Virus record (IMG/VR): IMGVR_UViG_3300034032_000011
Coordinates: 1 to 54,988 of that record
Length of the DNA stretch: 54,988 bases
From: a virus
Lineage: Duplodnaviria > Caudoviricetes
Strand: one strand, 5' to 3'
Position numbers and translations under genes: made by a program. Shown piece after piece: positions 37,569 to 46,100 of this stretch; positions within the stretch are counted from its first letter, which is position 1; each line of letters opens with the position of its first letter. The notes under the pieces are model-generated. The model was given only the letters and a program-made list of their open reading frames with translations, had not been told where the DNA came from and did no database searches.

Positions 37569-37609
37569 ACCCGAAAAATTTCCGGGAAAACCAGGATTAG
37601 AATTTCGCG

Positions 37610-38671
37610 CTATGCAGCCCGTCGTTTGGCGATGACGCCCACGACAGCTGCGCCCAGGCCGATCATGAGCAGCAGCAGTCCGTTGTCACCGGCAGAAGCC
37701 AGCTTCTCCGGACACACTGTTCGCTCATCCTTGGTGAGCTCACGCACCTGCTTCTCGGTCACGGTAGCCGTGCTCGAGGCAGTGATCGTCCACTCGTGGT
37801 CAACGAGAGTGTAGCTCTCAGTGACCGTCGTGGTCTCTCGCGTCTGCTCAACGGTGGTGGCGTCACAAGCGATCGTGCCGTCGACCCACTCGGTAGAAGT
37901 GACTGTGACCTTGTCCTCAGGCTGAGGACCGGCACAGGCATCGAGCTCGTCGCTCGTCATTTCCCGAGACTGGTACTCAGTCACGGTCTCAGACGTCGGC
38001 TCCGCCAGGTCGTAGACCAGGGTCTGCTCGTTCCAGACCGACACCTGTGTGGTGGTGGTCTTGCCGCGAGACTGAGACACCGTACCGGTCTCACAGTCTC
38101 CCTCGCCGTCGACCCAGTCAGTGTACGAGACAGTGACGATGGGGTCAGGCTGAGGCGGCTGGACGAAGCAAGCTTCGGTCTCGCCGTTGATGGTCACGTC
38201 GTAGTCCGTGCCGACCGCGTCAATGACGACGCTGTAGGTGTGGGCGACACTGCCATCGATGGCAACGGTGTTGGCATAGCTGTGGCCGAAGTTGGCCGAG
38301 CCGTAGAACACACCGTCAAGGTAGAGCGTGATCGTGTTCGGAGTAGCGTTGCCTTCAACAGCTTCTGTCACGAGCACCGAGCGCGTAGCGCCTGTGCTGT
38401 GCCAGCCCTCAGAGTTCGGGTTGCTGTCTGCGTTCCACCCCTCATCCTCCCAGCGGGGAGAGTTGGGGTGGTCCTTCTTGAAGGCGAACTCGTACTCCGT
38501 CTTGTAGACGGCCTCGTGACCATCGATGACCTCGTAGTACTTGAGGTCAGCGCTGATCGAGTCGCACGTGTCCGTGATGATGGGCGTGTGTGCGCTCGCG
38601 GCTGTAGCCGGGAGCAGCACGCCCAACAGTGCAAGGACGATAACGCCCAGCACAGCCATGATTCTCTTCAT
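37610..38671 (-). CDS. Secreted surface protein with sortase-type C-terminal sorting signal
   Basis: Signal peptide ending ASA-H, Thr-rich repeats, LASAG + hydrophobic helix + KRRAA. Confidence 0.78.
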   Translation of the reverse strand: MKRIMAVLGVIVLALLGVLLPATAASAHTPIITDTCDSISADLKYYEVIDGHEAVYKTEYEFAFKKDHPNSPRWEDEGWNADSNPNSEGWHSTGATRSVLVTEAVEGNATPNTITLYLDGVFYGSANFGHSYANTVAIDGSVAHTYSVVIDAVGTDYDVTINGETEACFVQPPQPDPIVTVSYTDWVDGEGDCETGTVSQSRGKTTTTQVSVWNEQTLVYDLAEPTSETVTEYQSREMTSDELDACAGPQPEDKVTVTSTEWVDGTIACDATTVEQTRETTTVTESYTLVDHEWTITASSTATVTEKQVRELTKDERTVCPEKLASAGDNGLLLLMIGLGAAVVGVIAKRRAA

Positions 38672-38743
38672 GATTCTCCTTTTGTTGAGGGTACGCTAAC
38701 GGTACCGCGCTATCTCTCAACCCTAGAGCTGAGAGATAACACG

Positions 38744-38914
38744 CTACTGGCAGAGTTCGAGGGTGCGAGCGAGCTCCCACCCACCGCCGACCGTCTGGTC
38801 GGAGATACCGCACGGCCCGAGACGGTTGAGACCGTCGTTCGGTACCGGCGTGCTTGCCGTCGTGGTGACGATGATAGCAGCTGCAATGGCAGCAACCTTA
38901 ATTGCGTTCTTCAT
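38744..38914 (-). CDS. Small 56-aa putatively secreted peptide (not in ORF track)
   Basis: AAGGAGG RBS, MKNAIKVAAIAAAIIVTTTASTPVPNDGLNRLGPCGISDQTVGGGWELARTLELCQ*. Confidence 0.65.
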   Translation of the reverse strand: MKNAIKVAAIAAAIIVTTTASTPVPNDGLNRLGPCGISDQTVGGGWELARTLELCQ

Positions 38915-38996
38915 GGTGCCTCCTTGTTACAACTGACTATCTGTCAGTAGATGTTGGGGTGTGGACCACGAGTCCCGACACTCGTGGCCCACACGT

Positions 38997-39476
38997 TTAA
39001 TCAACGACGGGAGTAACACCATCGTTGTGCGCTCGCACAGATACTGCGGCGCTAGACAGCCCCAGCCCTGCTACGAGGATCTCCGGACTCTCCTTGTACG
39101 CTGCAGTCAGCGACAGAGCCGTCTTCGCTACATCGCTGTAGTTCCTGTTGAGGTAGATCGCCACCTTGAGTAGCGATCCCTCGTTGAGGAACACAACCGC
39201 GAGCTCGCCTGGAGTCCATGCCCGGTCAGGAACATCAGGAGCTAGCTCCTTGATCCTGATAGCGTTACGACGAGCGACCTCAAGCTTGCGCTTGCGTTCC
39301 TCGTCATCACTGAATGCGGGCATCTTGTCGTCCTCCTCCAGGCTCTGCTTGAGCTGAGCGTAGCGACTTGCCTCTTCCATGTAGAACACGGTGAGGCCAG
39401 AGTAATACTCGATCTGTTGCTGGAAGTACTCGATGCGAGCATCGTACTCTTCCAGGATCTCGTCAGTCGGTCGCAT
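38997..39476 (-). CDS. Hypothetical protein (coiled coil, possible HTH-like C-terminus)
   Basis: AAGGAG RBS before MRPTDEILEEY; WTPGEL...A..LNR.Y..V pattern. Confidence 0.6.
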   Translation of the reverse strand: MRPTDEILEEYDARIEYFQQQIEYYSGLTVFYMEEASRYAQLKQSLEEDDKMPAFSDDEERKRKLEVARRNAIRIKELAPDVPDRAWTPGELAVVFLNEGSLLKVAIYLNRNYSDVAKTALSLTAAYKESPEILVAGLGLSSAAVSVRAHNDGVTPVVD

Positions 39477-39834
39477 TGCTAGGCTCCTTGTAGTTGCGTG
39501 CGTACTCAGCCAGCAAGAGGTCGATGACCACGTGCGGATTGGCATCCTTGTTGCTGAGCTTCTTCCGTACCTTAGCACGGATCTCTTCCGGGTATTCGAG
39601 CAAGTCGAACAGGTGGTTGGTCAGATGCTTGAGGGCAATGACCTCGACGGTGTCTCGTCGTGGAGCAGACAGCCTAGCAGGCACTTGCCCACGACTGAGT
39701 CGGACGACCTGCTCTTCGAGCGCCTCGACAGATGCGAGAGCCTTCATGAGGTCGCCGACCTTAGCCTCCTTGCGGTACAGAGCACCGAGCACGCCACGAA
39801 TGACGTTGCCATCGTGCAGCTTGGGAGTGGTCAT
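39463..39834 (-). CDS. Hypothetical protein
   Basis: Coupled overlaps. Confidence 0.6.
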   Translation of the reverse strand: MTTPKLHDGNVIRGVLGALYRKEAKVGDLMKALASVEALEEQVVRLSRGQVPARLSAPRRDTVEVIALKHLTNHLFDLLEYPEEIRAKVRKKLSNKDANPHVVIDLLLAEYARNYKEPSNATD

Positions 39835-40115
39835 GACAGCAACCGCCTAAGCTCGATGTCGTCGTTGTTCCAAGCGGCGAGCATGACAGCTTCTTCGAAG
39901 CCAGGAGTCAACGGCTTGCCAGCCATGTTGATCACCGCTCGGACAAGGGTACGGTGCGCCCGACTCTGCTGGCGACCGAGTGCAACCTCTACGAGGTTCC
40001 TACCCTGTGACTGAGCGATCTGGAACTTGAGGTTGTTGATGTATGTGGCAGTGAACAGCCACACGACCAGCAACACGATGATGAGGACGAGGATGATGGA
40101 GTCGTGGACGAACAC
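39831..40115 (-). CDS. Membrane protein
   Basis: Strong N-terminal TM helix (IILVLIIVLLVVWLF). Confidence 0.65.
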   Translation of the reverse strand: MFVHDSIILVLIIVLLVVWLFTATYINNLKFQIAQSQGRNLVEVALGRQQSRAHRTLVRAVINMAGKPLTPGFEEAVMLAAWNNDDIELRRLLS

Positions 40116-40336
40116 TAGTCGTTCTCCTCATCCTTCGGGAACATCACCTTGAAGCACTCATCGTGGGTACCGGAGATGATCATCTCGCGGTCACCAGCTG
40201 AGAGGCTTGGTGCGATGTCCTGGATCAAGTCGCCGGTGTTGTACCGGTTCTCGATCGCTTCCTTCTGCTCGTCTGTGACCTCGACCTCACCGGTCTCGCC
40301 ACAGAACATGCAGGTCTTTGTCGTTATAGTAGCCAC
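40115..40336 (-). CDS. Small metal-binding protein
   Basis: CMFC...REMIISGTHDECF. Confidence 0.65.
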   Translation of the reverse strand: MATITTKTCMFCGETGEVEVTDEQKEAIENRYNTGDLIQDIAPSLSAGDREMIISGTHDECFKVMFPKDEEND

Positions 40337-40349
40337 GGTCTTTCCGCCT

Positions 40350-40661
40350 TTACTTGTTGGTTAGGGCAGCGATGAGCTGCTCGAACTGCTTGTCATTGAG
40401 CTTGTGCTCGATGACGCTGTACGTCCGGATGATGCCATCGCCTGGATCCGCCTGTACTAGACTGATCTTAGGCACTGGCCCGGCCTGAGAACTAGGCTTG
40501 GCTCCACGAGTATCGTGAGGCAACCCATTGTTCTTCCTGTATGCGACACGACGCTTCTGCATCTGCGCATACGTGAGATGAGGCCAGCGAAGGAGCAGGT
40601 CTTCGATCGTGAGATCGTAGTCCTTGAATGCTTCTTCCATAGCCTCTTCGTCTGTAGCCAT
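40350..40661 (-). CDS. Hypothetical early protein
   Basis: GAAAGGA RBS, preceded by an AT-rich promoter box. Confidence 0.65.
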   Translation of the reverse strand: MATDEEAMEEAFKDYDLTIEDLLLRWPHLTYAQMQKRRVAYRKNNGLPHDTRGAKPSSQAGPVPKISLVQADPGDGIIRTYSVIEHKLNDKQFEQLIAALTNK

Positions 40662-40696
40662 TAGGATCCTTTCCTATTTCCTATTCTCTTATTACC

Positions 40697-40712
40697 TTAT
40701 ACTACCATAAAT
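40697..40712 (-). promoter_or_regulatory. Conserved AT-rich early promoter box ATTTATGGTAGTATAA, copy 1
   Basis: Exact 16-bp copy at 41613-41628. Both lie about 36 nt upstream of a leftward start codon. Confidence 0.65.
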
Positions 40713-40871
40713 AGTTATTTATTGGGTACAATAGCCATTGTACGACTACAGCCGTAGTCAAGTCTAGCCAGACTCGCTACAAGCCTGTGGCCAGATTGAA
40801 CTGTTCGTGAAAGAAAAAGTTCCAAGCCCTAGATACTAGGTCTCGGTGTCCATACGGACCGATGAGCGAAC

Positions 40872-40936
40872 GAGACTAGACTACGTGACTCTGCTGGACG
40901 CCGAAGGTGGCCAGCAGAGTCACGTAGTCTAGTCTC
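40872..40936. repeat. 26-bp perfect inverted repeat (hairpin/cruciform)
   Basis: GAGACTAGACTACGTGACTCTGCTGG-N13-CCAGCAGAGTCACGTAGTCTAGTCTC. Confidence 0.92.
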
Positions 40937-40942
40937 TACATT

Positions 40943-41237
40943 GGTGTATCAATGGTGTATCACGGTGTATCAAGCCCGTTGATACACCAGACCCCAATGA
41001 TTGCATGGGATTTTACCCCGGAATTTGGTGTATCAAGGTGTATCATAATACTCCTTGGAATGTACCGGGGAAGAGTGAAGGTAGAAAGTTACCTTGAGAA
41101 AGTGAGGGTAAAAAGAAAGGTTCACGGCGTATCATGATACACCTTGATACACTGATACACCACCAATGTGGCCATAGTTTACATGGTGTTGGTGTATCAA
41201 ACGTTGAATACGCCGTTGATACACCAGTTGATACACC
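40943..41237. repeat. GGTGTATCA/TGATACACC repeat array (iteron-like)
   Basis: About 11 exact 9-mers in both orientations plus variants in about 300 bp of non-coding DNA. Confidence 0.88.
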
Positions 41238-41314
41238 TGTTCTGGCCCTTGCAGTCCGCTGCTTATGCCCTCTGTTTCTCCTAACGGACTACACTCGGGG
41301 TCGCGACCTGAGAA

Positions 41315-41348
41315 GAACGGGACTAGCCTCTGAGAGCTAGCCCCGTTC
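41315..41348 (-). terminator. Terminator hairpin after the 41352 gene
   Basis: Minus strand GAACGGGGCTAGC...GCTAGTCCCGTTC followed by TTCT. Confidence 0.65.
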
Positions 41349-41351
41349 CCC

Positions 41352-41576
41352 CTATACCTTCATGATGATTGTTGCTCGCGCCGACTCGATGAACGAAACG
41401 AACACAGTGTCACTGGTCCGCTTCTGTTCCATCTCGGTGAGGATGAGCTCGAGCTCGTGACGAACGAGCTGTGCTGGCTGCTTGTCCAGGTCGTCTGCGA
41501 GCGACTGGAGTGCGCGACCAGCTGTGACGATAGCATCGATTGCATCGATGGTCTTACGAGCCTGATTGAGATCCAC
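41352..41576 (-). CDS. Small early protein
   Basis: TAAGGAGT RBS, GTG start, own promoter box and terminator. Confidence 0.7.
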   Translation of the reverse strand: MDLNQARKTIDAIDAIVTAGRALQSLADDLDKQPAQLVRHELELILTEMEQKRTSDTVFVSFIESARATIIMKV

Positions 41577-41612
41577 GAAATGACTCCTTAAAGATTAAGA
41601 TTACATTACTAA

Positions 41613-41628
41613 TTATACTACCATAAAT
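41613..41628 (-). promoter_or_regulatory. Conserved AT-rich early promoter box, copy 2
   Basis: Identical to 40697-40712; reads ...GTAGTATAAT on the minus strand. Confidence 0.65.
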
Positions 41629-41801
41629 GGTTTTTATTTTAATTAACTAGTTAGCCAACTAGTTTATTTTAATTGTATTATTTATTTGCATTAATCATTC
41701 TAGATTTGGGTTTCGCAACCGTTGGTTGCGCAAGCGCACAAAGCTAGAATAAACCTAGTTGGTCATTGAGTTATTTGTCCTTTGCATTTATTTATTATAT
41801 T

Positions 41802-41840
41802 AAAAGAAAAAACTAGTATCTATTAGATAGATACTAGTTT
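41802..41840 (-). terminator. Intrinsic terminator after the 41845 gene
   Basis: 14-bp perfect stem AAACTAGTATCTAT / ATAGATACTAGTTT followed by TTTCTTTT on the minus strand. Confidence 0.75.
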
Positions 41841-41844
41841 AGTC

Positions 41845-42240
41845 TTATTTAGCGGAGTCCTGGATGTCGTTGATGACTTCCATCTGGTTCTCCGAGAAGC
41901 GCTGAAGCTGCTTCTTGATGTTGCGAAGGTGCGTACGCTCGTCGATAAGATCCTGGAGATCTTCTTCTGCTGCTGTGACAGCCCACGAGTCGATTGCACC
42001 TGCGTTGTTAGATGCTACGACAGATGAGTAGGACTCACGTGCCGTAGCGATCTTGAGGTTGACTGCTTCGAGGCGAGAGCCTACAGCAGTTGCTTGCGCT
42101 GCGCGCTTGTCGGCCATGTCCATCGGGATGGAGAGCGTAACACCCATGACGGTTGCCGCTGTTGCCTTGTCCTCGGGAGAACGTAGCTGGTACTCGACCA
42201 TCCTGTTGATGGATGAGCTGATTGCTTCTAGTGCAGACAT
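41845..42240 (-). CDS. First leftward (early) gene, helical/coiled-coil protein
   Basis: TAAGGAGT RBS, flanked by AT-rich DNA. Confidence 0.75.
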   Translation of the reverse strand: MSALEAISSSINRMVEYQLRSPEDKATAATVMGVTLSIPMDMADKRAAQATAVGSRLEAVNLKIATARESYSSVVASNNAGAIDSWAVTAAEEDLQDLIDERTHLRNIKKQLQRFSENQMEVINDIQDSAK

Positions 42241-42625
42241 CGTTACTCCTTAGTTGCTTGATATGGTTACATTATAGTTACCAAAAAATATCTTGTTAAT
42301 TCAATTTGTTTACTGTTTAGTTACCCTATAGTTACTGTATATTGTCAGATATACATACTTATATATATACTATAGTAGGGGGGTATAGGTTGTTATTATT
42401 GTTATTATAGTATATCAAGGATCTGCTCCGATAAAATTTGCGCAATTGTGACTTGGACCTTACCCCGCATAGTGTCTTTCCCGGAAGCCAACCGGCATCG
42501 ATCCCAGCGGAAAGCACCTCCGCGCGAATCAGAACATTGTTACCGACAGCGTTACCGTACCCCGCGGACCCCCATGGATTCCTTCGCTACAGACCGCCTT
42601 TCCCCCGCGACAGGCCACTACTGGT

Positions 42626-42637
42626 TACAATTAGAGT
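42626..42637 (+). promoter_or_regulatory. Putative -10 element of the rightward operon (TACAATTAGAGT)
   Basis: Matches the capsid upstream 12-mer at 11 of 12 positions. Confidence 0.55.
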
Positions 42638-42670
42638 GGTGGCTCCCGCTGCCGCAATAAAGGAGGAATC

Positions 42671-43153
42671 ATGGGGAAAGACAAGCTGGTGTACAACACC
42701 GATGGGAACCTGGTACCCGCTTCCGGCAAGGTGGCGAGCGCTGAGGTCGAGTCGGACATTCTGGCAGAGCAGGAAGCTGCCCAGGAAGCTCGAGAGAAGC
42801 ACGCCGATGAGCAGGCCGAGGAAGCGCGAATCGCACTCGCCAAGGCTGCCGCCGACAACGCTCCGCAGGGAACGGAGGTAGACCCAACGCTGGGGGCAGA
42901 CGGTCGCCTTGCAGATCCCGGTCGTGCGATCGTCGCCGAGGACGCAGAGGCCATCGCGGCCAACGCAGGATCCACGATCCAGTCCACGCCGGAGGAGAAG
43001 GCAACGTCTTCGGAAGCTGTCGAGCAGCCTGCTGCAGGTAAGGAGGCACCGCCCGTCGCTGCCGCCACCAAGCAGCAGCCCGCAGCGGCCAAGAAGCCGA
43101 ACGCTGCTGCACGCCCGACCCCCGCTGCTCGCACCAAGCCCGCAGCCAAGTAG
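42671..43153 (+). CDS. Ala/Glu/Lys-rich low-complexity protein preceding the giant gene
   Basis: AAAGGAGG RBS, 160 aa. Confidence 0.75.
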   Translation: MGKDKLVYNTDGNLVPASGKVASAEVESDILAEQEAAQEAREKHADEQAEEARIALAKAAADNAPQGTEVDPTLGADGRLADPGRAIVAEDAEAIAANAGSTIQSTPEEKATSSEAVEQPAAGKEAPPVAAATKQQPAAAKKPNAAARPTPAARTKPAAK

Positions 43154-43187
43154 TACCGACCGCTCCTAACGAAGGCACAGAGACACA

Positions 43188-46100
43188 ATGTCAGACGCAC
43201 CCTCTTGGGAGCAGCCCAATGCCCAGCAGGGAGCAGCTTCCGTAGCTGCCCCTGCTGGGATGGCGCAGCCGTCCTGGGCGAAGGACAACGCACGACTGCC
43301 GTGGCAGACTGACGCCACGGAGCGCAATACCGCTGCCTTCGGGGGCCAGCGAGGATCCATTCGTAACGGATGGAACACAGACTTCTACACCAAGCTGTTC
43401 GACCAGAACAAGCAGAGCGTGGACGCGGGCATTGACCCCTACGCTCGTGACGACTTCACTGGAGTCGTGACCTACGACACCAAGATCAAGACCGTGTCCG
43501 GCCAGGATCGCGTCCTCAAGTTCGGTGACGTCTGGGAAGACGGCAAGCGAGTCGAGAACGTCTACGACTACGGCCAGGACGAGGGCAACGCGATTCTCTC
43601 AGCCCTGCAGCTCGGAGCGAAGGAGAAGCTCGAGCTCTTCCAGGACGCCGAGGGTGACCAAGACAAGATCTACAACGCACTGCTCGAGCGCGCCTCTTCC
43701 AACACTGCCGCTGCCGCTGCATACCAAGGCCAGCAGCAGTTCATCCAGGAGCGTGAGGCAATCGAGAAGGACTGGGGCGACTTTGCCCCGCTCGGTGTCT
43801 TCCTCGCTGGCGCTGGAGCCGGTGCTGCTACCGGTGCAGGTGCTGGTGGAGCGATCGGTCTCGCTGGTGGTCTCGCTGCTCTGCCAGCCGCTGGCATCGG
43901 TGCTATCGCTGGTACTGTCATCGGTGGCGTTGGCGCACTGCTCAACCAGGACGAGCTCATCGACAACTTCGCCGCTGCACAGGTGCAGGTAGAGCGGGCT
44001 CAGAATCTCAACAACCCTGGCCTCCAGCTCTCTGCAGGTCTCAGCGGCTACGGTGGAGCAGTAGCTTCCCTGGCTCAGCCGCTCACCAACCTTGGTGTCG
44101 GCCTCACTGAGGTTGCCAACGACTCAGTCGGTAACGACATCAGCAGCCGAGACGAAGCCTACGCTCAGGACAACCTCGTTCAAGAGGGGCTCCGATTCGG
44201 ACTGTCCTTCGCTGACGCCTTCGCACAGTTTGCAGGTGCTCCCGGTACTGCTTTGTACATGGCGACGATGGGAGCAGTCACTGCTGGTGGCGCTGTCGGC
44301 CTCTCGACAGGTATGCAGTGGGACGACAGGCTTCAGGAGTACAACCCCATCGCTGACTCCGGCTCTGCCGTCGAGGACGCCGGTCGCTGGGCCTCTGCCA
44401 TTGGCGCTGTCGGTATCGACGCCGTCCAGACGTTCATGCCTGTCGGTGTCCTCCGAGCAGCCGACCGTGTCGGCGGTGCTGCTGGAAGAGTGGGCGGCAA
44501 GACACCGATCGCGTTCGAGCAGCGCATTGTTCAGAAGGCCAACGACGGTGACCGTGTCGCTCTCATTCAGGCCAAGCTGTTGGGCCTCGAGACCGAGCGC
44601 ACCACCGTCATGAATGGTCGCACGTTCCTCAAGGAGGACGGTCAGGTCGTCGGCGTATCGCGACTCCCCAACGTCACCCTGCTGGCTCCCAGCGAGGCTA
44701 TCGGCTTCCTGTCGGCCCGAGCCGTGGCAATGTACAACCAGGTTCGCGGTGCTAGCCTAGGTGCCAGTGACCTGTACGCTGCCAGTCTCCGCCTTCGAGA
44801 GCTGCCACCCCTGTCTCAGGCGCTCGTCACCGGCTTCGGTGAAGGTTACGAGGAAGTGGCACAGTCCTTCCTCCAGAACTGGAGTCAGGGCTACAACCCC
44901 AGTCCGGAAGAGCTGGTTCGCTCTGGCCTCGGTGGCTTCATCGCCGGTGCTGGTATGTCGGCTGGTGCACAGGTCGGTCGCAACCCGAAGCTCGAGGGTC
45001 TCGGAGTAGTCAACTCCGTTCGTGCCATGACCGGCTCGCCGTTGCTGAGCGAGGAAGACTGGCTCGGTCTCAGCGCCGTTGAGCGACAGGCAGAGCGAGA
45101 CATCTCTCCTGCCATTCGCGCCACTGCTCAGCGAGCCCGTCAGGATCTCATCTCTGACATGGTGGACGTTACGTTCGGTGGAACGGTCATCCCCGAGATT
45201 CGCGTCGACGCAGCCGTTCGTGCTCGTGATGCTGCTCTCGAGCGCGCGCTCCCCGCCTCTGAGCGCACCTGGAAGCTGTCAGCCACCGAGAACCCGGCCT
45301 TCGATTCCAACGCTGTTCGCATCGAGCTCCAAGCATTCCTTCTGGCCTTCGACACTCACGCTCGCGTGTTCGAAGAGACAGGTCGTGGCGCCAGCGCTGC
45401 TGCCGTCCGTGCCCTGCTCGACTACACCAAGGTCATCGCAGCCCGAGTCCTGCAGAATCCTCTCACTGCCACGACAGACAAGACTACGTTCGAGATTGTG
45501 AGAGCAGATGGATCAACGATTCCGGTCGGTTTCAGCAGTATCGAAGCTGTCAACGTTCTCCTCCGCGATGCTTACGAGGGACGTGGAGTCCCAGCTGTAC
45601 CTGGAGCAACGGCTAGCTGGGACAACGAGGCTGCCAGACGCGGTATCGAGCCCGTCTTCAACCGCCAGCCAGCTGATTCCAACGGTAGCTGGGCAATGCT
45701 TCGGCCCGAGATCGACGCCAACGTCACCAGCGAGCGTGATCCCGGAGATCCCGACAAGACGTGGCGACTCAGCCATGCTGTCCTCAAGGGGCTTTCGGGA
45801 GACTTCGATGGAGACGGCGGAGCTCTCCGATCGCTACTCCGCCTCGAAGACGATGGAGCAGATAATGGCGAGGCTCGTCGCCGCCTCCGTCTAGGCCTCA
45901 ATCTGGTGTCTGGAGACACCATCATGGTGGACTCGTACGCCACCGAGATCCACAACTCCAACCTCATCATCCGTCACCCACTGCGCGACAAGCCAGGATT
46001 CGTGAAGAGCCGCCTTGACAAGGCTGTGGCCGAGGTAGTAGCGCTCCTGGAGCCAGCTGGTCGCATGCCAGCAGCTAAGCTGCGTCTCGAGGTACAGCGT

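Noticed and set aside
40943-41237. CRISPR or mini-CRISPR array
   Set aside because: Repeats are only 9 bp, occur in both orientations and have irregular short spacers.
40952-41340. Plus-strand ORFs 40952-41137 and 41134-41340
   Set aside because: They run through the repeat array against the local gene direction and lack an RBS; likely spurious.
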